From: an uncultured bacterium
Lineage (GTDB): Bacteria; Verrucomicrobiota; Kiritimatiellia; CAIKKV01; CAITUY01
Direction: 5' to 3'
Length of the DNA: 64,000 nt
Assembly (NCBI GenBank): GCA_903908715.1
Contig: CAIVSY010000111.1
Coordinates: 58,655 to 122,654 of the forward strand
In this document: piece after piece, positions 1 through 9,282 of the stretch
How the letters are laid out: each line of letters begins with the position of its first letter
Numbering within the stretch: position 1 is the stretch's first letter
Made by a program: the position numbers and the translations under genes
Notes under the pieces: generated by a model
What the model saw: the letters and a program-made list of their open reading frames with translations, nothing else
Database searches by the model: none
What the model was told of the DNA's origin: nothing

Positions 1-157
1 CCGCCTTTTCACACGCCAGTACGGATGCCATCCCCAGCAGTACCGGGACCGGCACGGGCATTGAACCGTCACCATTCCTCATCAACCCTCAACCCTTCCC
101 GGGCTGCATCCGCATTCCGCTTGTCCAACCCACGTAATCCGGTTATTTTTCCGCCTT

Positions 158-961
158 ATGAAAGCCGTCAAATGGACTCCGGATAAGATCCGCGGATTGA
201 AGGGCAAGGCCAAGGTGGTCTGCGTGACCGCCTACGACTTCACCACGGCACGGTATGCCGATGCCGCGGGCATGCACCTGATCCTTGTCGGGGACTCCCT
301 TGCCACAACCGTCCTCGGCTATGCAAACACGATTCCCGTGACCGTATCGCAGATGCTCCACCACACCGCCGCGGTTTCCCGCGGCGCAGGCACAGCCATG
401 GTGGTGGCGGATATGCCGTTCATGTCCTACCAGGTCTCGACCGAACAGGCGCTGGCCAACGCCGCACGATTCATCAAGAAGGCCGGCGCCGATGCGGTGA
501 AACTGGAAGGCGGAGCCCTGCGCGCGGACACCATCCGCTCCCTGGTGAAGAACGGCATACCGGTCCTCGGCCACATCGGATTGACCCCGCAAACCGTCCT
601 GCAGACAGGCGGCTACAAGGTGCAGGGCAAGACCGACGCCTCCATCGAGGCCCTCCTTGCGGATGCACGCGCCGTGGAACAGGCCGGCGCTTTCGCGCTC
701 GTTGTGGAATGCGTACCCCGCGCCGTGGGGAAACTGATTTCCGAAACCGTCTCCATCCCCACGATCGGCATCGGCGCCGGCCCGGACTGCGACGGCCAGA
801 TCCTGGTGTCGCATGACCTGCTGGGACTCTCCGGCTCCACCGTGCCGCGGTTCGTCAAGCAGTATGCCGACCTCGGATCGCGCATCACCACCGCACTCGA
901 CCAATACCGCAGGGAAGTCGAGTCGGGCACCTTCCCGTCCGACGAACATTGCTACGGGTAA
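158..961 (+). CDS. panB: 3-methyl-2-oxobutanoate hydroxymethyltransferase (ketopantoate hydroxymethyltransferase)
   Basis: 267 aa matching PanB along its full length (VCVTAYD, VGDSLA, GAD-VKLEGG motifs). ATG at 158. Confidence 0.9.
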   Translation: MKAVKWTPDKIRGLKGKAKVVCVTAYDFTTARYADAAGMHLILVGDSLATTVLGYANTIPVTVSQMLHHTAAVSRGAGTAMVVADMPFMSYQVSTEQALANAARFIKKAGADAVKLEGGALRADTIRSLVKNGIPVLGHIGLTPQTVLQTGGYKVQGKTDASIEALLADARAVEQAGAFALVVECVPRAVGKLISETVSIPTIGIGAGPDCDGQILVSHDLLGLSGSTVPRFVKQYADLGSRITTALDQYRREVESGTFPSDEHCYG

Positions 962-2025
962 GACAGGATCTCCAGCCACCGCTGCCCCTTGGCTCCCATG
1001 CGCCATCCGCCACCTTCTCTTTGCACCAGGTGACAGCCATTCCGGCCCAGCACGCCGGCATCCGCCCGAAGGACAACCGCCTTGCGTTCCCCCGCCCGCC
1101 TGACCTCCTCCCCGGTCGCCATCCTGCCCCGGAGTGGCGTCCCGTTTTCTGAGCAGGACAGGACAATCCATCCAACACCAGTCCCGCCTTCCTCCCAGAG
1201 CGAGGGATACCGGCGGAAATAGTCCAACTCATGGCTGGTCTTCACAAGAATCTCAAACGCGACCGGAACGCGCTGAAGGAAATCCCGGAAAACAAACCCT
1301 CTCCGACCGCGCTGCGTGCGGAAGAATTCCACGGGGTCCAGCGCCAGCAGGTTCATGCCGTTGAACCTCCCATGGTCGGGTTTCATCTGTTGCGCCCGGA
1401 ACCAGTTCCCGAAGCCTGCGTTCGAAAGCAAACCAACCTCGAAATGAAGATGGCTCCGGGATGCCGGGATCACCGCGGCCGGCGTGTTACCCATCCGGCC
1501 AAGAACGGCTCCCGCCTCGACCGGGGCCCCCGCACGGATCGCCGGCTCCACCGAAGCCAGATGCGCATACAACGTATATACCTCACCCACCGGATCCTCA
1601 TGCAGCAGCACCACATAGATCCCGTAGTTGGAGTTGCCGGAAACCCGGTTAACATGCCCCACCGTGCCCTCGGCGACCGCAACCACCCCGTCCAGGGGCA
1701 GTCCGCGCGCGTCCCTCCGCACCGGCGCAATGTCGATCCCCTCGTGGAACGACGATGCCAACCCCTTCCCGGATCGCACGGTTCGCACCGAACCGTACAG
1801 GGCTGACGCGGGATTGCCGGATGCCGTGGGCTGAAACACCCCCGGCCGGTCCTTCTCAAGCAACGCCTCCTGCTCCGTGGGAAAAACCACCTTGCGGAAA
1901 GCCGGATCCTTCGGCCTGGGCTGTTCCGCCGGATGCGAAGCGGCTGGAATCTCCCGAGTGGCGGCATGCCACCAGAGACCAGCCCCCGCGAGTACCGCGA
2001 TTAAAATGACCACCCGGATACGCAT
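952..2025 (-). CDS. M23 family metallopeptidase (signal peptide plus M23 domain plus C-terminal tail)
   Basis: Internal ATG giving MRIRVVILIAVLAGAGLWW, read as a signal/TM segment. M23 signature HEGIDIA…GIYVVLLHE…YAHL…HLHFEV. The 3' end converges on panB with a 10-nt overlap. Confidence 0.65.
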   Translation of the reverse strand: MRIRVVILIAVLAGAGLWWHAATREIPAASHPAEQPRPKDPAFRKVVFPTEQEALLEKDRPGVFQPTASGNPASALYGSVRTVRSGKGLASSFHEGIDIAPVRRDARGLPLDGVVAVAEGTVGHVNRVSGNSNYGIYVVLLHEDPVGEVYTLYAHLASVEPAIRAGAPVEAGAVLGRMGNTPAAVIPASRSHLHFEVGLLSNAGFGNWFRAQQMKPDHGRFNGMNLLALDPVEFFRTQRGRRGFVFRDFLQRVPVAFEILVKTSHELDYFRRYPSLWEEGGTGVGWIVLSCSENGTPLRGRMATGEEVRRAGERKAVVLRADAGVLGRNGCHLVQREGGGWRMGAKGQRWLEILSYP

Positions 2026-2214
2026 GTTTTTCAAACCTCGGCCATCCCGCCCGCCACCGGAAAAAGCCGCGTGCATACCATAGTCGGAATCCCCGCGCAA
2101 TGCCTCCTTCGCCGGCCGCCACGGAAATACCCGGATTCTGGGTTTGACTCGCCTGCCTTTTTTTCAGACAAGAATTCCGTGAAATCCAACCGTAAGCGCA
2201 CATCGGCCCCAGGC

Positions 2215-3204
2215 ATGAAACCTATCGTGGGCCTGACCATGGGAGATCCGGCCGGCATTGGCCCCGAATTATGCCTCGCCATGCTGAACGATCGCACCGT
2301 CCGCGCCGCCTGCATTCCCGTCCTGTTCGGCGATGCTCGCCTCCTCGCCCGCGTCGCGAAACAGGTCGGGATCCCTTTCAATACACCGGTCGTACCGGCC
2401 GGTGACGGAGAGATCCCTGACCGCTGCTCCCGACTGGTGGTCGATCTCGATTGCCTGCACGGGGCCCCCGTCCGTGCCGGCCGGCTTTCCGCCGCGACCG
2501 GCTCCGCCGCCTACCAGTGCGTGGTCACCGCCGCCCGCGCCGCCCTGACCAGGCGGATCGATGCAATTGTCACCGCACCCCTTTGCAAGGAAGCCCTGCA
2601 CCTGGCGGGCTTATCCTATCCGGGTCATACGGAACTGCTGGCGGAACTCACGCACACCCGCAGGTATTGCATGATGCTGGCCTCCGAAAAAATCACCACG
2701 AGCCTCGTGACTACCCATACGGCCCTGAAGAATGTCCCTGCCGGAATCCGCACACCAAGGATCCTCGAGGTCATCCGCCTGACCCGCTCCGCCATGAAAT
2801 CCATGCGTGGCGGAAACCCCCGTCTGGTGGTTTGCGGCCTGAATCCCCATGGCGGTGAGAATGGGCTCATGGGCACGGAAGACCGCGACATCATCGCACC
2901 CGCCGTCGCGCAGGCCCGCAAGGAAGGCTGCGCCGTGGAAGGGCCCGTGCCGCCGGATACGGCGTTCCTGCCCGACCGGATGGCCCGGACCGATGCCTAC
3001 ATCTGCATGTACCACGACCAGGGCCTGATCCCGTTCAAGATGCTGGCTTTTGAAACCGGGGTGAACGTGACCCTCGGATTGCCGATCGTCCGCACCTCAC
3101 CCGATCACGGCACAGCATTCGATCTGGCCTGGAAAGGACTCGCGAACCCTTCCAGCATGCGGTCCGCCATCCTCTACGCCGCCCGCCTGGCCGGGTCCCG
3201 CTGA
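2215..3204 (+). CDS. pdxA: 4-hydroxythreonine-4-phosphate dehydrogenase
   Basis: Start trimmed to ATG 2215 (MKPIVGLTMGDPAGIGPE, the typical PdxA N-terminus). Conserved GLNPHGGE and HDQGLIP motifs. Confidence 0.85.
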   Translation: MKPIVGLTMGDPAGIGPELCLAMLNDRTVRAACIPVLFGDARLLARVAKQVGIPFNTPVVPAGDGEIPDRCSRLVVDLDCLHGAPVRAGRLSAATGSAAYQCVVTAARAALTRRIDAIVTAPLCKEALHLAGLSYPGHTELLAELTHTRRYCMMLASEKITTSLVTTHTALKNVPAGIRTPRILEVIRLTRSAMKSMRGGNPRLVVCGLNPHGGENGLMGTEDRDIIAPAVAQARKEGCAVEGPVPPDTAFLPDRMARTDAYICMYHDQGLIPFKMLAFETGVNVTLGLPIVRTSPDHGTAFDLAWKGLANPSSMRSAILYAARLAGSR

Positions 3205-3211
3205 CACCCTC

Positions 3212-4033
3212 TCACCCGAGCGCCACATCCAGGGTCATCATCACCGCAAAACCGACCATCGTCCCGATCGTGGCAATATCCGTTTCCTTGTCGGCCTGCG
3301 ATTCGGGAATGAGTTCCTCGACCACCACATAGATCATGGCTCCAGCCGCAAAAGCCAGCGCATAAGGCAATACGGGCCGCATCCACAACACCAGGGCCGC
3401 ACCAATCACACCCGCAACCGGCTCCACCATGCCCGACAACTGGCCCAGCCAGAAACTCTTCCGGCAGGACATTCCCTCGCGCCGCAACGGGACCGACACA
3501 GCCGCCCCTTCGGGAAAGTTCTGGATCCCGATCCCCAGCGCAAGCACCACCGCGCCCGCCAGCGTGGCGGAAGGCAATCCTGCGCCAAGCGCCCCGAAGG
3601 CCACGCCCACCGCAAGACCTTCCGGGATGTTGTGCAGGGTAATCGCCAGCACCAGCAGGACACTGCGCTGCCAACTCGTCTTGATCCCCTCCTCTTCTCC
3701 CGCAAGCCCCCACATGTGTAAATGCGGAAGAAGCTTGTCCACACCCCACAGGAACGCGCCACCGGCCAGGAAACCGATCAACGGCGCCACCCACGGGCTG
3801 CCGCCATCAGCCTCGCTCATCTCGATCGATGGCGCCAGCAAGGACCAGTAACTCGCCGCAATCATCACGCCCGCGGCAAAACCGAGCATGCCGTCCAGGA
3901 CCTTCCGGTTGATCGTTTTGAAAACAAAAACCGCCGTCGCACCCAGCGCCGTCACCCCCCACGTGAAACACGTGGCAAGCAACGCCTGCAGCACCGGATG
4001 CAATCCCTGGAACCATGCCACCATCCCGCTCAT
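3212..4033 (-). CDS. zupT: ZIP family zinc transporter
   Basis: 273 aa polytopic membrane protein with the ZIP signature HNIPEG and a second HN/EG metal motif. AGGAGG ribosome-binding site upstream of ATG 4033. Confidence 0.85.
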   Translation of the reverse strand: MSGMVAWFQGLHPVLQALLATCFTWGVTALGATAVFVFKTINRKVLDGMLGFAAGVMIAASYWSLLAPSIEMSEADGGSPWVAPLIGFLAGGAFLWGVDKLLPHLHMWGLAGEEEGIKTSWQRSVLLVLAITLHNIPEGLAVGVAFGALGAGLPSATLAGAVVLALGIGIQNFPEGAAVSVPLRREGMSCRKSFWLGQLSGMVEPVAGVIGAALVLWMRPVLPYALAFAAGAMIYVVVEELIPESQADKETDIATIGTMVGFAVMMTLDVALG

Positions 4034-4118
4034 ATCTTGCCTCCTGACAGATGTGGCACCTTAGCAAATGTTCAAAGGTTTCGCCATAGGCGCCTTTTCA
4101 TGCTAGTTTGAACGGGTT

Positions 4119-5429
4119 ATGACGCAGTCCGCCGCCGAGCTGTATGAGGCATGGAGCCGGAAAAGCCTGGAACACGCCCTTTCCGAGGTTCCCGGGTACG
4201 CATCATGGCGCGCGCTCGACCCCGGTCCGCATACCCCGATCGATGCCCGCTACGCCGCCCTGCCCACCCTCACAAAACAGGCGCTCCGCGATCATTTCCC
4301 GCACGGATTCATCCCCGGCAACCGGGATTTCGACCAAGGTATGGCCTCCGGCGAAATCGAACTCGCCCAGACGAGCGGCAGCACCGAGGACCGGGTGACT
4401 CTGATCTTCCACTCCCCCTGGTGGGAGGCATCGGAACAAGCCTCATGGCAGTTGAACCGGCACGCCCGCCTCCTGGCAACCGGATCCCATCCGGAAGCTG
4501 TCCTCGCATCACCCCTCTGCGTCGGGCCCGGCTACGCCCCGCACCCGCAGGCAATGAAAACCAGGATCCTCGGACGCCACCTTTACTTGAATGAAAAGAT
4601 CAACCCGGCAACCTGGACCTCCGGGGACATCCGCCGCATGGCGGATGAACTGGCCTCGTACCAGCCCGTCGTGCTGGAGGCCGACCCCGCCTATCTGTCT
4701 TTCTTTGCCCGCCGCGCCCTGGCGCTGAATCTCGAGTTGTACCAGCCCCGGCTGATTTTCCTGACCTATTCGTTTCCCTCCCGCCTCTACCATAGACGCA
4801 TCCGTTCCGCCTTCTCCGCGCCTATCGCCAGTTCCTACGGATCCACCGAAACCGGACACGTCTTCCTGCAGTGCGAAGCCGGGCGACTTCACCAGAATGT
4901 CGCGCATTGCCGCGTGGATTTTCAACCGTGGGCTCCCCGATGGAACCGGCCGGACCACGGGCGGATGCTGGTGACCGTTTTCCATAATCCCTGGTTTTCC
5001 GTCCTGCGTTTCGATATCGGCGATATCGCCTGCCTGGATACCCGCGGCCCTTGCCCCTGCGGACGTCGGGACGGACTGACCCTCTCGTCAATCGCCGGGC
5101 GCACCAAGGATGTAACCTTTACACCGGAAGGACTTCCTGTCACGGTGGATGATCTGGATGACGCCTTGTCCGGAATCGAGGGCCTGGAGGGTTGGCAACT
5201 CGACCATCTCCAACCGGCCGCGTATCATCTCCGCCTTCTCCACGAAGGGCAAAAGAACCTGACCTTGCCGCAGCATTGCAGGGAAAGGCTCGCCGCCGTG
5301 TACGGGCCTGCGGCGGTCATCACCGTGGAACCGGGCGATGCACTGAAGCATGAACCTTCAGGGAAGTTCCGTTTTGCGCGGACCTTCTTCCCCGTCGATC
5401 ATGATGCCCTTTGGAGAAACCGCCCGTGA
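4119..5429 (+). CDS. Adenylate-forming enzyme, ANL superfamily, PaaK/coenzyme F390 synthetase/CapK branch
   Basis: 436 aa. P-loop-like TSGSTEDRV, a second SYGSTETGHV motif and a C-terminal PSGKFRF lysine motif typical of this branch of the ANL family. Substrate unknown. Confidence 0.6.
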   Translation: MTQSAAELYEAWSRKSLEHALSEVPGYASWRALDPGPHTPIDARYAALPTLTKQALRDHFPHGFIPGNRDFDQGMASGEIELAQTSGSTEDRVTLIFHSPWWEASEQASWQLNRHARLLATGSHPEAVLASPLCVGPGYAPHPQAMKTRILGRHLYLNEKINPATWTSGDIRRMADELASYQPVVLEADPAYLSFFARRALALNLELYQPRLIFLTYSFPSRLYHRRIRSAFSAPIASSYGSTETGHVFLQCEAGRLHQNVAHCRVDFQPWAPRWNRPDHGRMLVTVFHNPWFSVLRFDIGDIACLDTRGPCPCGRRDGLTLSSIAGRTKDVTFTPEGLPVTVDDLDDALSGIEGLEGWQLDHLQPAAYHLRLLHEGQKNLTLPQHCRERLAAVYGPAAVITVEPGDALKHEPSGKFRFARTFFPVDHDALWRNRP

Positions 5430-6202
5430 ATCCTCCTCCCAACGTTCAGGCGGGAATCTCTTTCCAGCCCATCCACCTTCTTGCGGGCGGGGGACGGAGC
5501 CGCCGCAAATCGGGGGATCCGCTGCTGGCTGACTGCCTGGCTCTCGCCGGAAAACCCGCACCCGAAGTCGCCTACGTGGGAGCCGCCAGCGGGGATGACC
5601 CCTCGTTCTTTAAATACTTGTCAGGTCTCTTCCGGGAGGCAGGGGCCGACCGCGTACACCTTGTCCCCCTTTCCTCCCCCGGGGCCGACGCCGATGCCGC
5701 ATGCCACCAGCTTTCCCGCGCGGATCTTGTCTTCATCAGCGGCGGGGATGTGGAGGCCGGCATGCAGTGCCTCCGCAGGCACAGACTGATCCCGTTCCTG
5801 CGCCGCCTGCATAGCGGTGGCAAGCCCTTCTTCGGACTTTCCGCAGGCAGCATCATGCTGTGCCACCACTGGGTCCGCTGGACCGATCCGGATGACGACG
5901 GGAGCGCCCGCCTTTTCCAGTGCCTGGGATTGGCGCCCCTCGTTTGCGATACCCACGCCGAAAAGGAGGACTGGGTGGAACTCAAGACCCTCTTGCACCT
6001 CATGCCGGAGGGAAACGTCGGCTATGGCATTCCTGCGGGCGGCGGGCTCCGCGTGTCCCGTCCGGATTGCATCCTGGCGCTGGGCAAGCCGATATCCAGG
6101 TTCCGCCGGGAACGTCAGGGAATCCGCAGGCTCCCGCCGCTGGAACCGGACGGACACCCGGCCCTTCATCCCCCGCTCACGCCCCCGCCGGAACCGCCTT
6201 GA
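5426..6202 (+). CDS. Peptidase S51 family protein (dipeptidase E/cyanophycinase-like)
   Basis: Nucleophile motif GLSAGSIM (GxSAG) and FISGGD motif. The only possible starts are TTG 5411 (track) or GTG 5426. The GTG overlaps the upstream TGA as GTGA, which I prefer. The 3' end converges on the next gene with a 26-nt overlap. Confidence 0.55.
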   Translation: MNPPPNVQAGISFQPIHLLAGGGRSRRKSGDPLLADCLALAGKPAPEVAYVGAASGDDPSFFKYLSGLFREAGADRVHLVPLSSPGADADAACHQLSRADLVFISGGDVEAGMQCLRRHRLIPFLRRLHSGGKPFFGLSAGSIMLCHHWVRWTDPDDDGSARLFQCLGLAPLVCDTHAEKEDWVELKTLLHLMPEGNVGYGIPAGGGLRVSRPDCILALGKPISRFRRERQGIRRLPPLEPDGHPALHPPLTPPPEPP

Positions 6203-6899
6203 TCACGTATGCATCATGCGAGGCCGCAATGACCTGCCCCGGTTCGACGACCAGAAACCGCTCTGGATCCCACGGGCCGTTCAGGAAATCAATCACCAGG
6301 CGCGCATCGCCGGTCAACTCATCACTCTTCCACCCCAGCCAGGCGGCGCACTCCCGCGTGTACTCCTTGTGCCGGTCGTTGTCCCCGAATCCCAGATCAA
6401 CATAGGCCGCGTTGTTGTACTCCCTGAGCCAGCCCTGCTCCATCTCCATAAGGTACCGGGCATTGTCTTCCCCGTACTTCTCCACATACTGGCGCATCAG
6501 CAGATCGTAACGTTCCTTGCCGGGCTGAACGGAACATTCAATCCAGCCCGGGGTATACCAGTAGGTACCCGGATGACTGTCGAAATACTCACGATACCTC
6601 TCTTTGGAACCCAGGAAGAACGTGATACAGTCATGGGCACGCGGGATCACGAGACGGTGCCGCCCGGCCCGGATCCCGGCCAGCCCGTTACTGCACAAGC
6701 CGTAACCGAGCAGCACAGCATCGCACGCCGGCTCATCCCACTCGTCCACCGCCGCCTGCAGCCGGTCGCGCAACAGCTCCGGTGTGTTGTGCAACCCCTG
6801 CTCCAGGAAATCAAAGGTATAGAAATTCCGCGCCAAGGCTGCGTGGTAGCAAAGCTCCCGCCACAACACCTGGCAGGCTATCAGGTGATAACGAGCCAT
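6177..6899 (-). CDS. Conserved hypothetical protein (possibly DUF1638-like)
   Basis: 240 aa, no TM segment, natural composition. LLGYGLC…HDCITFFLG block. The ATG abuts the tpx stop (TAAATG, 0-nt spacer), suggesting co-translation with tpx. Confidence 0.45.
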   Translation of the reverse strand: MARYHLIACQVLWRELCYHAALARNFYTFDFLEQGLHNTPELLRDRLQAAVDEWDEPACDAVLLGYGLCSNGLAGIRAGRHRLVIPRAHDCITFFLGSKERYREYFDSHPGTYWYTPGWIECSVQPGKERYDLLMRQYVEKYGEDNARYLMEMEQGWLREYNNAAYVDLGFGDNDRHKEYTRECAAWLGWKSDELTGDARLVIDFLNGPWDPERFLVVEPGQVIAASHDAYVIKAVPAGA

Positions 6900-7406
6900 T
6901 TATCCGCCCTTCTTCAGGGCCAGCAGCACGGCCTCATAGTTGGGTTCCTGCGCGATTTCCGGAACCTGCTCCGCGTAGATCACCTTGTTGTCCTTGCCCA
7001 GCACCAGCACCGCACGACTCATCAGGCCCGCCAGCGGCCCGGACACAATCGCCACACCGTAGGTCTTCCCGAATTCCGGCGACCGGAAGGTCGAAAGATT
7101 AACCACGTTCTGGAGCGAATGGCTCTCGCAAAACCGCTTCTGCGCAAAGGGCAGATCCGCCGAGATGTTCACAATCACGGTGTCCGGAAGAGCCCCCGCC
7201 TCGCGGTTGAACCGCTGGGCCGAAAGAGCGCACACCGGAGTGTCCAGACTGGGGACAATGTTCAGCACCTTCTTCCCCTGGAACGCATCGAGCCCCACAT
7301 CCGCCAGATCGGCGGCTGCCAGCTTGAACGCCGGCGCAACCATCCCTTCCCTGGGCAATGCGCCTGCTGTCTGAACCGGATTCCCCTTGAATGTAATCGT
7401 CGCCAT
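6900..7406 (-). CDS. tpx: Thiol peroxidase (atypical 2-Cys peroxiredoxin)
   Basis: 168 aa. Tpx-specific LNIVPSLDTPVC peroxidatic Cys context and a resolving Cys in RFCES. Confidence 0.85.
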   Translation of the reverse strand: MATITFKGNPVQTAGALPREGMVAPAFKLAAADLADVGLDAFQGKKVLNIVPSLDTPVCALSAQRFNREAGALPDTVIVNISADLPFAQKRFCESHSLQNVVNLSTFRSPEFGKTYGVAIVSGPLAGLMSRAVLVLGKDNKVIYAEQVPEIAQEPNYEAVLLALKKGG

Positions 7407-7525
7407 GGCTGTTCTCCTCTTGTTACTACAGGTTTTCCCAATCGGTCCGGCATCCTAGCACAATCCGCCGGATCCGTCACCTGCCGCGCCTCTGAATCCC
7501 GCACGAAGCAGCCCCCACTCCCGCT

Positions 7526-7554
7526 TTGACATCCCCCATAACCTCGCCTATTGT
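7526..7554 (+). promoter_or_regulatory. Candidate sigma-70 promoter for gspE (TTGACA, 17-nt spacer, TATTGT)
   Basis: Perfect -35 hexamer, 17-nt spacer and a 4/6 -10 hexamer, about 22 nt upstream of the gspE ATG. In the divergent tpx/gspE intergenic region. Confidence 0.4.
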
Positions 7555-7575
7555 ATTGGGCTGGAATACACGATT

Positions 7576-9282
7576 ATGACCACGGCACTGCCAACCAGTT
7601 TGACCGGCTTGCTGACCCGGACCGGCCTGCTTTCGGAATCCCAGATCGCCTCGGTCCTCCAGCATGCCCAGCAGACCGAGCTGTCCATCACCCGGGCGGT
7701 TACCACTCTGGGGTTTGCCGGCGAGGACGCCTTCCTGGAGGCGCTGGCCATGGCCCTGCATCTCCCCTTTGTCCGGCTCGGATCGCAGAACATCGAGGCC
7801 GATGTGCTCGCCAAGCTCCCGACCCGTGCCGTCTTCCAGTACAACGTGATCCCCTATGCGATCGAGAACGGCGCCCTGCGCGTCGCCACGAACGACCCCT
7901 TCGATGCCGGCCTCGTGGATGCCCTCCGGCTGGCATCCGGGATGCGCGTCCGCCTCGCCCTGGCGATGGAGAACGAGATCGCCGCCGCCATCAAGAAGTT
8001 CTACGGCGTCGGCGCCGACACGGTCGAAAAACTGATGCAGGACGGCGACCGGATCGAAGTCGCCCCGGAGGAAACCCTCGGCAAGACGGACCTGAGCGAA
8101 CTCGACCAGGAAGCCTCCATCGTCCGGTTTGTGAACCAGATCATCTGGGAGGCTTACCAGGAACGCTCCACGGATATCCATCTGGAGCCAATGGAGAACC
8201 AGCTCCGGATCCGGTACCGCGTGGACGGCGTCCTGCACCAGACCCCGCTCCCTCCCCAGCTGACCCGCTTCCAGGCCGCCATCATCTCACGTATCAAGGT
8301 CATGGCCAACATGGATATCGCCGAGAAACGCCTTCCCCAGGACGGGCGCATCGGCATGCGGATCCAGGGCGAGGATATCGACATCCGCGTCTCGACCATG
8401 CCTACCGTCTACGGCGAAAGCGTCAGCCTCCGCCTCCTCATGCGCGGCAAGGAGTTCATCGGGTTCAAGGAACTGGGTATGCGCCCGCGCGACGAAGCCA
8501 TCCTCCGGAAACTGATTGAAAAGCCGAACGGCATCATCCTCGTCACAGGCCCGACCGGCTCGGGCAAGTCCACCTCACTCTATGCCTACCTGCACGAAAT
8601 CAACACGATCGACCAGCGGATCATCACCGTCGAGGATCCGATCGAATACGAGATGGCAGGCATCAACCAGATCAGCGTCCGCTCGGAAATCGGATTGACC
8701 TTTGCCACCGCCCTGCGCCATATCCTGCGCCAGGACCCGGATATCATCATGATCGGTGAAATCCGCGACTTTGAGACCGCGGAAATCGCCATCCGCGCCT
8801 CGCTGACCGGGCATTTGGTCTTCAGCACGCTCCATACCAACGACGCGGCCGGAGCGGTGACCCGCCTCCTCGACATGGGCGTGGAACCCTTCCTGGTCGC
8901 GTCATCCCTGGAAGCGGTCGTCGCCCAGCGCCTCATCCGGCGCCTGTGCCCCTTCTGCAAGCGGCCGGCCAAGCCGGATGTCCCGTTCCTCTCCACCATC
9001 GGCTTCCCGGTCGACCGCCTTTCCAACACCCCCATCCTGGAGGCGGTCGGATGCGAGAAGTGCCGCATGACCGGGTTCAAGGGCCGCACAGGCCTCTATG
9101 AAGTCCTCCAGGTCACCGAGGAAATCGAACCTCTGATCCTCCAGCGTTCCTCCTCCCACGCGATCAAGTTGAAGGGTACCAGCCAGGGCATGATCACCCT
9201 CCGGGAAGACGGCTGGATGAAAGTCCTGGAAGGCGTTACCACGATCGAGGAAGTCCTGCGCGTATCGGAGGAAACGGATTGA
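7576..9282 (+). CDS. gspE: Type II secretion system ATPase GspE
   Basis: 568 aa. N-terminal T2SS-E N1 domain, Walker A GPTGSGKST, Asp/His boxes and a tetracysteine CPFC…CEKC motif. Confidence 0.9.
   Translation: MTTALPTSLTGLLTRTGLLSESQIASVLQHAQQTELSITRAVTTLGFAGEDAFLEALAMALHLPFVRLGSQNIEADVLAKLPTRAVFQYNVIPYAIENGALRVATNDPFDAGLVDALRLASGMRVRLALAMENEIAAAIKKFYGVGADTVEKLMQDGDRIEVAPEETLGKTDLSELDQEASIVRFVNQIIWEAYQERSTDIHLEPMENQLRIRYRVDGVLHQTPLPPQLTRFQAAIISRIKVMANMDIAEKRLPQDGRIGMRIQGEDIDIRVSTMPTVYGESVSLRLLMRGKEFIGFKELGMRPRDEAILRKLIEKPNGIILVTGPTGSGKSTSLYAYLHEINTIDQRIITVEDPIEYEMAGINQISVRSEIGLTFATALRHILRQDPDIIMIGEIRDFETAEIAIRASLTGHLVFSTLHTNDAAGAVTRLLDMGVEPFLVASSLEAVVAQRLIRRLCPFCKRPAKPDVPFLSTIGFPVDRLSNTPILEAVGCEKCRMTGFKGRTGLYEVLQVTEEIEPLILQRSSSHAIKLKGTSQGMITLREDGWMKVLEGVTTIEEVLRVSEETD

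Noticed and set aside
2071-2214. N-terminal 48-aa extension of pdxA in the ORF track. The same applies to the extensions of fba (to 30928), lon (to 61330), gspK (from 17263), tcdA (from 30558), Gfo/Idh/MocA 45618, the response regulator (from 34532) and the S8 peptidase (from 38638).
   Set aside because: The homology boundaries and internal ATGs with ribosome-binding sites indicate shorter genes. The extensions run antisense through neighbouring genes or through intergenic DNA.
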